From: Leucoraja ocellata | Taxonomy: Eukaryota | Direction of reading: 5' to 3' | Assembly: GCA_036785375.1 (NCBI GenBank) | Contig: JAWMAR010000346.1 | Coordinates: 1,984,001 to 2,048,000, forward strand | Length of the DNA stretch: 64,000 nt | Part shown: positions 50,451-63,214 of the stretch, one piece after another | Layout of the letters: every line of letters starts with the position of its first letter | Position numbering within the stretch: the first letter of the stretch is position 1 | Notes under the pieces: generated by a model | The model's database searches: none | The model's input: only the letters and a program-made list of their open reading frames with translations | What the model was told of the DNA's origin: nothing | Translations under genes and position numbers: made by a program

Positions 50451-51524
50451 AGGCGCACGTGAAGATAGACACAGAATTCTGGAGTAACTCATCAGGAGAG
50501 GCATCATCTCTGGAGAGAACGAATGGGTAGCATTTCAAGACGTTACCCTCTTAAGAAGGGTCTCAACCTGAAATGTCACCCATTCCTTCTCTCCAGAAAT
50601 GCTGCCTGTCCCGCTGAGTTACTCCAGCATTTTCTGTCTATCTTCGGTGTAAATCAACATCTGCAGTTCCTACCTACATGTACACACACACGTACGCACA
50701 CACTCACACACCAGGCATGTTGCAGGTGAATTTGTCTGGGTTTTTAAACTGCCCTGTTACATGCCTCATCCCCTTCTTTTCAAATGTAACCGCACAATCA
50801 CAACAAACAAAATCACCCGGTCTTTTTCTCGTGGATGAGGAGCACTCTGCGAGAGGGAAGAGAGGGACAAAGTTCTCTGCTCCTTACACCCACTGGCACG
50901 AGATGAGACGTATATTGCAGACAGCACAGGACTTGTTCACACATAGAGGCAGCTGGTAGCAGGCTGCTGTTCGGTCAAGGGAATTGGGATGCAAAGGTCA
51001 AAGTTGTATCTCATTACTGCTCAGAAGGACCTGGGTGAAAACGCTGATCAGTAGCACACACGGCAAGTCTGGAGTGTGAAAGAATTGATGCCTTCTCTAG
51101 GCTTTCAGACAGCCTTTCAGAGAAGTCAGAAAGAAGTGCAGTCGATGTGGCATTTACTTCCATTCTTTACACTGGCGAGGCTCAGAGCATTTGGGCACTT
51201 GGTTTGTGTAGGACTATCATGCTATTTGTGCCTTTGTTATGACATTGAGCCACCAGAGTGTAAGAACTGACACAAAAGTCTCATACTTAGTGTTCCCTCT
51301 AACAAGAGATATGTCAGGGCTGGGCGATGCTTCTCTGAAACAGTACATGCCTGCAGCAATAAGCTCTGTCAGTGTGTTAAAGAGGGCTATGAACCAAGGT
51401 TTCCTGCTGTCAACAAAACTGGGAAAGTCAGTTTATGGGTGCTAGTCGAACTGCAAGTGTCGGAACTTCTGTTGCATCCGTTTTGTCCAAGGACCTCAAC
51501 AAAACCAGTTATAGAGTCACAATG

Positions 51525-51850
51525 AAACAATAGACAATAGACACTAGAGAACAGATGCAGGACTAGGCCATTTGGCCCTTCGAGCCAGCACCACCATTCA
51601 ATGTGATCATGGTTGATCATCCACAATCAGTACCCCGTTCCTGCCTTCTCCCCACATCCCCTGACTCCACAATCTTTAAGAGCTCTATCTAGCTCTCTCT
51701 TGAAAGTATCCAGAGAGCCAGCCTCCACTAAGGCAGAGAATTCCACAGACTCACAACTCTCTGTGTGAAAAAGTTTTTCCTCATCTCCGTTCTAAATGAC
51801 TTACCCCTTATTCTTAAACTGGGGCGCCTGGTTCTGGACTCCCTCAACAT
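51525..51850 (-). mobile_element. CR1 LINE 3' end
   Basis: Same subfamily as 31629-31960, with a (TTGTCTA)n tail. Confidence 0.88.
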
Positions 51851-52154
51851 CTTTTTCTAATCTAATGTACTGTATTTGGTGTCTACAAGATGGCCTTGTC
51901 CACGTCTGAGGAAACAAATCCAGATTTGGAATCATTTTGTGCAGCAGTGCAGGACCCTGGCCATCTGGTTGCATTCCATGTTAGTTTTCCATCCAACGTC
52001 CATCCTGACCATTCTATCTGTGCCCTCCTGCATTGCTCGCAACAAGGTCCAATGGAAACTTGAGGAACAGTATCTCACCTGAACACATTGCAGCCTTCTG
52101 GACTCCATATCAAGCAGTCCAACTTAAATAAGTTGGACATTTATGTTACTCCCA

Positions 52155-53115
52155 ATTCCTCTTTCTACGCTGGAGTACCAGGATGAGGTGTTCCAAACCA
52201 GGGCATCAGAGATGTCCTCATTCTTTAGGGAACGGGGGTTCCCCTCTTCGACTATAGATGAGGCTTTCACCAGGGTCTCTTCTATACCCCGTAACTCTGT
52301 TCTCACTCCCCATCCCCCTACTCGTAACAAGGGCAGAGTCCCCATTCTCCTCACCTTCCACCCTACCAGCCGTCACATACAACAGATAATCCTCTGACAT
52401 TTTCGCCACCTCCAACGTGATCCCACCACTGGCCACATCTTCCCACCTCTTCCGCTGTTGGCTTTCCGCAGAGGCCGCTCCTTCCGTAACTCCCTGGTCA
52501 ATTCGTACCATCCCACACAAACCACCTCCTCCCCGGCACTTTCCCTGGCAACCGCAGGAAATGCTACACTTGTCGCTTTATCTCCCCCCCTTGACTCCAT
52601 CCATTCTTTCCAGGTGCGGCAGAGGTTCACCCCGCACCTCCTCCAACCTCACCTATTACATCCGCTGCTCTAGGTGTCAGTTGCTCTACATCGGTGAGAC
52701 CAAGCGTAGGCTTGGCGATCGCTTCGCCCAACACCTCCGCTCGGTTCGCAATAACCAACCTGATCTCCCGGTGGCTCAGCACTTCAACTCCCCCTCCCAT
52801 TCCGAATCCAACCTTTCTGTCCTGGGCCTCCTCCATGGCCAGAGTGAGTCTCACCGTAAATTGGAGGAGCAGCACCTCATATTTCGCTTGGGTAGTTCAA
52901 GCTCCCCAGCTGTATGAACATTGACTTCCAATTTCAGGTAATCCTTGCTTTCTTCCTCTTTCCCCTCCCATTCCCAGCTCTCCCACAGCCCACTGTCTCT
53001 GCCTTCCTTTCTTCTTCCCACCCCCCCCTCCCCCCATCCCCAAAACATCACCCATTCCTTCGCTCCACAGGTGCTACCTCACCCGCTGAGTTTCTCCAGC
53101 ATTTTTGTCTACCTT
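52155..53115 (+). mobile_element. Penelope-like element 3' half with GIY-YIG endonuclease (disrupted)
   Basis: SSNLTYYIRCSRCQLLYIGETKRRLGDRFAQHLRSV...PVAQHFNSPSH...KLEEQHLIFRLG, with stops and frameshifts upstream. Confidence 0.93.
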
Positions 53116-56100
53116 CTTGCCCAACTTAAATAATTTGTTCTTTCTTCTTGTCTGAATGAGGTGGCCATTTCTGCCTGTCATCGTTTACTCCATTTTCCTT
53201 GCCTATTAGTGCCGTTTATGTTGTAGCACCTGTTCTAAAGACTCGCTGTTAACAACACATTACACAGGTGCAGAAACATAAAATCTTTCACTGCCCATAA
53301 GCCCATTTAGTCTCACCCTATCAGGCACATCCTCTTTGTTCTATCCACCCCTTCCCCACTGTCCCTTCTCCTAAAAGTCATTTATTACCCCACCCCCCTT
53401 CTCTTTCCGCCAATATTATCTAACATTCTGCATGTTTCTGATATTTTCTGTTCTTATTTCATACTTACAACCAAATTAATGTATTTTTAACAGATCTGTA
53501 CGATTTCTGCCTTACGTATTAAACTATAGACCGATTGCATAAGAACATATGCCTGAAATGTATGTTGAAGTACAGTAGAAAAGGACTTTTGTTGGATACT
53601 TTAAACACACCCACTTTTTTTAATCATTCAATGCATGCCGGAGATATGTTTGAATTTGACCCTCAGAATGCTGTCGAATTTTATTTCATGGAATTATTCA
53701 GATGTGTTGATAATGTTGTAGAATTTGAGTCTGTATATTGCTGAAGGGGAAATACACCATTAGCACCTTTTTGCATTCTGAACATTGTTTTCAGATGGGG
53801 GTGGGGTGGGATGGGGGGTGGGGGTGGGGGGGCTTGGGGGGGAGGTGAGGAAAGAAGGTGGAGGTGAGGTCATGGGAGTTGAGAAATGTAACATACCAAG
53901 GGTTCCAAGTTCTCTGTATCTTTGGGGAAACCTCTGATCGTTTTTGGCCTCCCAGTCCAGATATGCAATTTTTTCCTTATGGCTTGTTGGTTTGGAATAT
54001 TGGAAAGGATCTCGGAAACAGTCTAGAAAAGAGGAAAAGGAGTGGAGTCAATTCTGCCCGTCACGGAAGACTGGCACATATCAGCAGAAAATGGACCTTG
54101 TGTGAGAATCGAACCTTTGGTTTGAAAATCCGTCATTCGGACACACTTATTTCCGTTCCCTTACCAAATAATGTCATTTGACACTGAGAGGTGAATCAGC
54201 TTTAGATGTGAATCTACCAGCCTTGCTGATTTTCCATTTGCTTTTACAGGATTACTAAGCAGTTGATTTATGTTTCCTTTGGGAACACTTGCATCGCCCA
54301 TCATTAATCAGCTTGAGAGCCAGATCACATAGCAGTTGCCCTACTTTGAGATTTGTTGCATATTTATAATTTAACGAAGCAGGTTGTGATTTATATGCGC
54401 TGAGGGCACCATGTTATATTTGCATATTTTTGTGGCCAAAAAAAAAATCGTCAATTTGTAAATTATCACGGAAAATACCAAACTGAAGTAATGTATATGT
54501 TAGCACGTTTCATTCTGAACATAATTACAACCTTCCTATCATTGTTGAATCCTCTTGCCTCCCAGCATCAGATACACGTGTTCAGTCAATGCCTCTGACT
54601 GACATAATGAATTTCCATTTGACCACTGCTGTGATGCTGCCCACATTTTTGGCATCTAACAGGTTGTATTATTCAAGACCAGAGCTCTAAGAGTGTTATA
54701 TATCCGCGTCAGCAATGATGCCAGGAGACGAGGTTGAATTTTCGAATCAACTTTATTTAATGTTTGAGAAGGGTTGGAGTCCTATTTCTTACATTCACAC
54801 AATATATTTTGTCGGATACCAACTCTCTGGGTTCTTTGGATGCCTACTACAAATGTAGTTATATTTAAGTTACAGATACTCATCTCCCGAATAATTAGTT
54901 GAAGTTGTGGAGACATTTGCTAACAGGCTGAAGCTCTTGTTGCCTTGCCCATTGTGAAGCAACACAAGGGAAAGCTGTATGGACGAAGCAATCCTTAAAG
55001 GGGAAGATGCTTTGGACTGGCTTTTTCATGTTTGATTTTTTATTCACAATAGAAAATTATGAAATATTATCACTAGCTGCACCATCACACCTTTTGTTCC
55101 AATGTCCACTAACCTCAGTTTGGTAGAGAGCAAATTCTTTATCATTTGCACTCAACTTATGATGTAAGCATGTCATGGAAATTAAGACCTGCACCTACAT
55201 GATCTTTTTCTGGCAGGCTACCAATTAATAGACTGCCAACATGCATCAGCAAAGGGCTCCGCACACACTGAATAGTGTAAAGGCAGTACTGTTGTGTATC
55301 GCACACTGCTGCTTGTGAGAAAGATCGTGGAATGGCTGAGGTTAAGCGTGGCAGCATCTGATGAAGAGATTCTAGTCCTTCTACCAAGTTCATCTTGCCC
55401 TTCCCACTTCCACCTCAACAAGTGTCACCAAGCTCACTAAGTGCCTCGTCCTAGCTGTGTGTGGCTGTGCATGTGATGGCTAACCATGGTGACGTGTGCT
55501 GCTGCCACAGTCCAGCCCATTGGTGTTCAAAGACTGGAGTCCAAGCCTACAATGACACAAAGATAAAAGTATTAGAAAGCTTGCCACCAGTCATGGCTTC
55601 AAAGAGAGACCACATTACGAAGTATGATGTTCAGTGTTTGTGCAGATGCGTTTGTTGGAGTTAATGAAAATTGAGGCAAGGTGTAAGAGAAGGATTGTCC
55701 TACCCCTCAACTTGAAATGACCTGGTGTTTTAATCCCTTTCCGTGTTCTCCAATGCCACCATGTGCAGGATGGCTTCTTGCAAGGATGTTTGAACCTGGC
55801 TCCAGGCTGAGCCCATTCTTCCTGTGCCCTCTAGAACAAGTAGAAATATACACTTGAGATGCTGTCAATGGAAGAGCTCAACTGGTAGATGTTCTACATA
55901 AACCACACCAATGTTGCCGAGGGAATATGCCAATAAACAGCCTCCTTGCATCCTCATCACATATTCAGCTGAAACAGGGTCCTGACCCAAAATGTTGCCT
56001 ATCCATGTTCTCCAGAGATGCTGCCCGACTTGCTGAGTTACTCCAGCATTTAGTGTCTTTTTTTTTTGGTAAACCAGCATCTGCAGTTCATTGTGTCTAC

Positions 56101-56536
56101 ATATATGTTCAGCATGTTGCTTTTCACTAGCAGCATATGCCATGTGGCTCCATCTTTCACTCACAGAATGCACTGGCTGGAACCTACTGGGAATTTCAGC
56201 AGCTCCTCTCTAGAATAGGAACAATTATTTTCTGCTAGGCTCAGCAAGGATGGACCTCCCATATGAACATACAAGTACCAAATTAGACCTGCACCCCACT
56301 GGCAATTTCCCACCTGCAACATTCAATTCTAGATGAAGTCGAGTGATGGAACACAAGCCTCATGAGTACATCCATTGGAAAATCTGCATTTTAAACTTGG
56401 TTTAGATTAGACTATCAAATGAAATTGTTTAGTAAAAGTATAAGCAAATCTAAAATTCCTTTAATTATGTTTATTTTAATGACTTAATTAATTCAAAGCG
56501 TTTTTATATTTTTAAATGACTTCAATTTTTATTTTG

Positions 56537-56931
56537 GAGAAAGTCAGCGGGTGGGTTTATGAGCATCGATGGAGCAAAGGAAATAGGCAACGTTTCGGGT
56601 CGAAACCTTTCTTCAGACATAGAAACATAGAAACATAGAAATTAGGTGCAGGAGTAGGCCATTCGGCCCTTCGAGCCTGCACCGCCATTCAATATGATCA
56701 TGGCTGATCATCCAACTCAGTATCCCGTACCTGCCTTCTCTCCATACCCCCTGATCCCCTTAGCCACAAGGGCATAGAAACATAGAAATTAGGACCCGAA
56801 ACGTTGACCCGAAACTATCAGACCCGAAACTAGTTCCTTCGCTCCATCGATGCTGCCTCACCCGCTGAGTTTCTCCAGCATTTTTTTCTACCTTCGATTT
56901 TCCAAATGTTTAAGTTCCTTCTTAAACATAA
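56537..56931. mobile_element. Composite: inverted Penelope termini with a CR1 tail inside
   Basis: 15-bp TSD tcaatttttattttg at 56522-36 and 56932-46. CR1 3' end at 56618-56772 (minus). Confidence 0.8.
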
Positions 56932-58379
56932 TCAATTTTTATTTTGTTTTTTTAATGATATTTTCTGCACCTTTAAATTATTTTAATTGGATTTTGAGTA
57001 TTGACATTCAAAGTTTTAGAATCATTGACAGCTGACAAAGCTGAGAAGGTGATTTTACCAATGGTAAGTTTATTTTTAAGTCTACCTAATATCAGGATGG
57101 GACTGTCCCTGTGGGTGGGGAAGGTGGTGAAGGAGTTTGCAGTTGACAGCCGATTCTGGCCTTAAGCGTCACTTTATATTTGCTTGGTGTGCAAATTATT
57201 TGCAAAGATATACGTTGCGTTTTAGCTTCCATGCATCATTTTTTGGTGCAAAATGGCAGCAATACTTGAAGTTGAGTTGCTGCTGCTTTGGAATTCAGGT
57301 GTGCAACCACATATGCCTCTAGGTCCAATTAAAAACTTTGCCGCCAGAGCAGTAATCCATACGAAGAATCATTAAATGAGCTGATTCTTTGATTTATTCT
57401 TTCACCCGATGTGGGCATTAATGACAAGGCTTGCATTTATTGGTCCTCCATAATTGCCTTGAAAAGACAGTCAAATGCTGCTTCCATTAACAGCTTATGG
57501 TGGCTTGGTGCAATCTGAAATGTTAACTCTTCTTTCCACAGATGCTGCCTAACCAACTGAGTATTTCCAGCATTGTGTGATTTATTTCAGAATTCCAGCA
57601 TCAGCAGTTTTATATCATATTTTAATTTACTAAATGGCTATTTCAGCAGATGGATAAGAACTGAACATGTTACTCTGGGTCTGAAGTTACAATTTTTGCA
57701 ACAGAAGGTAAGGAAGGGAGGGTTAGGATAAGTCATTGTTTTGTTATATAAGTAGTAAGCTTGTGCTGAACTCATGGGAAATTGGATTCCACTGTTCTCC
57801 ACTCTTTTCACATTCTGTTTTATCTCTGATTCTATATTCTGTGCTGCATTGTCTTGGGATGGAGTCTGAAATTGAATTCTGTATACTATTCATGCTTCAA
57901 GGTATGGTACCTACATCCCACATTGCTATCTGCGTCAGCTTTAGACTTTGGTGTTCGAAATCACAGATCCATTCTTAGTGCTTGCACTGACAAGGATGTT
58001 ATCTCTGCAGCAAAAAATATATACACTTGTAGGCAGATACAACGTGAACTTTGATACTTACATCTCACATACTGAGTCCACAATTTGCAACCAGGGACAA
58101 CTTTATTTTAGTCTTTGAATTATTAATTGAGGAGCTACTATATGAAGGGGGTGGGGGGAGGGGGGTGGGGGGTGGGGAAGGATGTGAAGCAAAGCTGCAT
58201 CACGATCTTTGTTTTAGAATGTAAATCCAAACAGGTGGTTATATTTAGTTCTGGATTTGTTTAACCCTTTCCTCGGCTCGGCTATGAACTATCTTCTTTT
58301 AGTTTAGTTTAGAGATACAATGTGGAAACATGCCCTTCGGCCCACCGGGTCGGCACCGAACAGCAATCCCCGCATATAA

Positions 58380-58762
58380 TAGCACAAGCCCATTGGAAAC
58401 AACACCAACTGAAGCTCACCTCCAGATGTGGAGGAACAGAATAGCCACTGTCCCTATTTCCACAGAGATGGGCATACCAGCGGCAGAGTGCTTACCACCA
58501 GGTGCTGATGAACACTGGCTGAAGTGGAGATGTCTCAACCGACTGCGAACCTGAGTCGGGCGGTCATGGGTGACAATGCTACATCGAGGGTACAACAACC
58601 AGTGACTGTGGCACACAGACCCAGACAATGCAACACCTACTGCAATGCCCATTGCTGGACAATCCATGTACTACTGCAGACCTTGCACTTAACACCGCAA
58701 CAGTGCAACGATGTGTACAGCAGTGGCGACCCACTATATAGCATAAGGACACGAAGGAAGAA
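58380..58762 (+). mobile_element. Vingi/Ingi-like LINE 3' fragment
   Basis: WRCLNRLRT*VGR ... DCGTQTQTMQHLLQCPLLDNPCTTADL...WRPTI*, then a short UTR ending ggacacgaaggaagaa. Confidence 0.6.
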
Positions 58763-58844
58763 TCGCAAGGCTACACACACTAGGGACAATTTGTATGTGA
58801 CAAATAAACTTGACTTGACTTGATTTATACTTCTACCAAATACA

Positions 58845-58995
58845 CAAACCCAACGGCAATTAACCTACAGACCAGTTCGTCTTTGGAGTGTGGGAGGAAA
58901 CCGTAGATCGCGGAGAAAACCCACGCGGTCACGGGAAGAACGTACAAACTCCATACACACGGCACCGTTAGTCGGGATCGAACACAGATCTCTGA
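58845..58995 (-). mobile_element. V-SINE 5' part (its tail lies at about 58300-58375)
   Basis: Minus strand gttcgatcccgac...tggagtttgtacgttct...gcgtgggttttctcc. Confidence 0.8.
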
Positions 58996-60539
58996 CGTTA
59001 ATCCCCCCCCCCCTTAAACAACCCTTGTCGCATTCCCCTGGATGTCTCTGCCTTGCCCATGTGTAATCTATTGAATTGTAATGGTCCCACCTTCACCAGA
59101 ACCAGTTCCCATGTCTTTGGAATCTTAAATCTCCTGCCCCCACATCATCACTTCTGCCACATACTCATCGAATATATCTTCCTGTTCCTACTTGCGAATT
59201 AATTCAAAAAAGCAGAAATTATTTTGAGACCTCAAAACATGACATTTTCTGGAGTGAAAACTTGCAAAGTCATAAATACAGCATGGAATCTGCGCTGTTT
59301 TTTTTATGTGCAAGATGATAACAGGTTTTGAAAAATGTGCAAGAAAAATCTATCATTTTTTCCTGTTTTATTATTAGCATTCTTCCTCTGCCTAGTCAAT
59401 TTGTCTAGGCTGCATATTGTGAGACTGCCGTTCCCAACAGAATGAGGATGATTGAGTCATTCCGGGCTGAGCAAGTGCACTTGTGTAAGTGCCTGATATT
59501 GATTTTACACATATAATTTGTATTGTGTACCTGCCATTCACTCACTGGCGATGAATTACAGCATGATACAGCTTGCTGTTTCTCAGTCCTGAATTCAAAG
59601 ATTCTTTTAAATCAAACTATTGATTTCTAATCTCACTCTCATTTAATTACTGACGATGTGCGATCGATATTCACCTTTGTTTTATGTGGAACAATTCTTC
59701 CTCCCGGCAACTTTAAAGGATGAGTGTGAATTATTTTGCTACAATTTTCTTCTCTCAGACTTACAGCTGTCAGGTCAAGCCAGGATTTCAGAACACTCTA
59801 CATATTAGCTCTTCAATGTATTGGTGAGGGAACACTGAACTGTCAGCAAAACCAATCTTCAAATTAAACTACAAAACAAGGTTCATTCTGTTTTTTTTCT
59901 GATAACTGGGATGGCTATTGAACAATCAATAGAAATCTGCAAACAGTCATATGGATTCCTCCTAATATATTGGTGAACCTTGCTCTTTCAATCAAATGTT
60001 ACTGGGATAAGTATGCTGGATTGCACACTGTCTATGTAACCTTGTGTACAATGTAACTGCCTACATAAACTATGAAAGGCTTGTCCTATAATGAATGTTT
60101 AACATTTATTTGTGCATCTCAGAAATCAGAAAAATGAGAGATGATCACATAGAAATGAAGAAGATCTTGGGTGGGATTGATAGATCAAAACTTGTTTTAA
60201 AATGTTCCTGTTAGCTAGCTAGCATTAGACTTTGAGGCAAAATAAAGAGCTGGTACATCTAAAACTCTAATGAGAAGAAATTCCTTGCACAAAAAGTTGC
60301 ATGTCTTTGCTATTTTTCTAATTGGGCTGCAATTGCAAGATCGTGTATTTTTGAGGTTGGTGTAAAAAATGTTCTGGACATTAAAGGATTCAGAATATAT
60401 ATGGACCTTGTGAGCAATTGCATTTGGGGCACAGAATGAGCCATGAACTAATTAGCTGACAAAGCAAACTTGAGAGGTGTGTGGCCATCACCGGCTTCTA
60501 GTTCTTATATTCTTATTGCATGTGGATTGCTTAGAGATT

Positions 60540-61100
60540 TACGAGATAGAGTCATAGATAGAGTTATAGAGTGATATAGTGTGGAAATAGGCCCTTGGCC
60601 TAACTTGCCCACACTGGCCAACAATGTCCCAACAGCGCTAGTTCCACCTGCCCACCTTTGGTCCCTCCAAACCTGTCCTATCCAGGGTTTCGGCCCGAAA
60701 CGTTGCCTATTTCCTTCGCTCCATAGATGCTGCTGCACCCGCTGAGTTTCTCCAGCTTTTTTGTGTACCTTCGATTCTCCAGCATCTGCAGTTCCTTCTT
60801 AAACACTATCCATGTACCTGTCTAACTGTATCTTAAATGTTGGGCTAGTCCCAGCCTCAACTACCTCCTCTGGCAGCCTGTTCCATACACCCACGTGAAA
60901 ACGTTACCTCTCCAATTCCTATTAAATCTTTTCCTCTTCACCTTAAACCTATGTCCTCTGGTCCTCGATTCCCTACTCTGGGCAAGAAACTCCGTGCATC
61001 TACACAATCTATTCCTGTCATAATTTTATACACCTCAATAAGATCATCCCTTATCCTCCTGAGTCCCAGACTACCCAACCTCTCCCTATAGCTCAGATCC
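60540..61100 (-). mobile_element. CR1 3' fragment with nested Penelope terminus (60685-60805, TSD ctatcca)
   Basis: CR1 UTR and ORF2 remnant. Direct repeat at 60678-84 and 60806-12. Confidence 0.85.
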
Positions 61101-61719
61101 TCTGGATGATGTAATTAGATGCCACAAATGCAAGTCCATAAACATAACTTGATTATTAAATAATAGAACGGTGAGGATACATTTGTAATACTCACAATAA
61201 CACCTTTCAATTTAATGTTTCCCTGATTGCTATAGATAGATATTCGTTTCCAATGGCAACAATACTAATTGAGAAATCAAAAAATATTTCCAGAAAGAAG
61301 CATCAAATAGATTATTTACTTCATTGTACTCTGCACTGGAACTTATTCCACTGATGTTAATAGAAATGAATTTTGGAAGTGAACTGTATTAAACTGGCAC
61401 AATTACATAGCGGGAATGTAATTACACAATTACATACGAATGAATTTTGAGGGTTGTTTTCCCCCCTTTCTAACATTTCCTTTTTAAAAGCTGTTGGAAT
61501 ACAGTTGTTAATACCAGCACAATTCAAATGTATGATAATCTTATTATTTATCAGCAACAGAAACAACCAAATTCAGAAATCTGTAATTTATCACCATCAG
61601 TACTTGCATTGAGGGTTCTATCCGCAAAGCTTTCCCGAGTTACTGTGCCCAATTCTGCCTTTTTCTCCAATTTGTCAGTGTTTTATGCACAAGAAGCAAT
61701 TGCAAGCAGTTAAGTGCAA

Positions 61720-62068
61720 CATAGAAACATAGAAACATAGAAATTAGGTGCAGGAGTAGGCTATTCGGCCCTTCGAGCCTGCACCGCCATTCAATATGAT
61801 CATGGCTGATAATCCAACTCAGTATCCCGTACCTGCCTTCTCTCCATACCCCCTGATCCCCTTAGCCACAAGGGCCACATCTAACTCCCTCTTAAATATA
61901 GCCAATGAACTGGCCTCGACTACCCTCTGTGGCAGAGAGTTCCAGAGATTCACCACTCTCTGTGTGAAAAAAGTTCTTCTCATCTCGGTTTTAAAGGATT
62001 TCCCCCTTATCCTTAAGCTGTGACCCCTTGTCCTGGACTTCCCCAACATCGGGAACATCGGGAACATG
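61720..62068 (-). mobile_element. CR1 LINE 3' end (young subfamily)
   Basis: MFPMLGKSRTRGHSLRIRG...FFTQRVVNLWNSLP and a (TTTCTATG)n tail. Confidence 0.92.
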
Positions 62069-62159
62069 CAGGGAAAGGGATATTTGAAACATCTTAGCAA
62101 GTAAATAAACCACATTGATCCCCATTTACTTGAGGAAGGAACACTATTTAATGCAAGGG

Positions 62160-62428
62160 ACGGTCACGGTGGTGCAGCGATACAGTTGCTGCTTTACAGC
62201 GAATGCAGCGCCGGAGACTACGGGTGCTGTCTGTACGGAGTTTGTACGTTCTCCCTGTGACCGCGTGGGTTTTCTCCGAGATCTTCGGTTTCCTCCCACA
62301 CTCCAAAGATGTGCAGGTTTGCAGGTTAATTGGCTCGGTAAATGTAAAAATTGTCCCGAGTGGGTTAATACGCGGGGATCACTGGTCAGCGCGGACCAGG
62401 TATTTCCGTGCTGTATCTCCAAACTAAA
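62160..62428 (+). mobile_element. V-SINE (HE1-like)
   Basis: ggtcacggtggtgcagcg head and V-domain cgtgggttttctccgagatcttcggtttcctcccaca. Confidence 0.85.
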
Positions 62429-62987
62429 AGAGGTAAGTCGCAACTCATTAAGATTCAGTAAGGATCAAGAATAGCAATAATAGAAAACAAAGACTAATGT
62501 AGGGAGGAGGATGGTATCAAAGACTGATATGGAAATTATAAATGGCTTGTTGAAAAAGTTGGATGACCCTTTGCATCTGTTTAGATTACAACAAAGATTA
62601 CTTGTGTCTCCTTATGCACTGGATCAAAATCTTAATTGGTTTCTAGCGGGTAACAAAGGGCATTGTGTTAAATACATCAAAGAGATCAAGGACGACAAGG
62701 CAGTTGGGTGTGAATTAATTTATTCCAAGCTGCTGAAGAGATGGCAGATGTAATAGTGTGTAATGGATAATTTTTTACTGGCTCTGTGACAATTGGTGTA
62801 ATTTGGAGATAGATGCATATGATCAATGTTAAATGAAGGAAGTTGATGATCTGCACTACAGTGTTAGGAACGTTTATAGAAGATACTACAAGAGATGCTG
62901 TGAATCAGTACATAGAACAAATAGGAATGATAGAAATCACCCACAATTACGTCAAGTTCCACAGAAAGGTACAAAGTATTTGAGTAA

Positions 62988-63214
62988 AGGGCCTGTCCCA
63001 CTTTTACAACCTAATTCACAACCTTTTTTACTCGTGGATATTTTTCATTATGCTAGAAAAACGCCCCGACCTACTTGATGCCACGAGTACCTACAACTAG
63101 CATCACGGCCTGCTACAACCTACCTACGACCTCGTGTCGACCATGCTGCGAGTATGAGTCAAGGGCAAACTCGGCAGAGGTCGTGAATTAGGTTGAGAAA
63201 CTGGGACATGCCCT
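62988..63214. mobile_element. PIF/Harbinger-type MITE family B, complete
   Basis: TAA|agggcctgtcccacttttacaacctaattcacaacc...ggtcgtgaattaggttgagaaactgggacatgccct|TAA. Confidence 0.85.

Noticed and set aside
49986-50538. Long ORFs around 50 kb
   Set aside because: Artefacts of (CA)n repeats and the N gap.
51890-51960. Possible upstream SHISA6 alternative exon (SGFV-like codons on the minus strand)
   Set aside because: No proper splice sites or continuous match, and the region reads as an old Penelope remnant. I found no further SHISA6 exon between 31.3 and 64 kb, though a diverged one could be missed.
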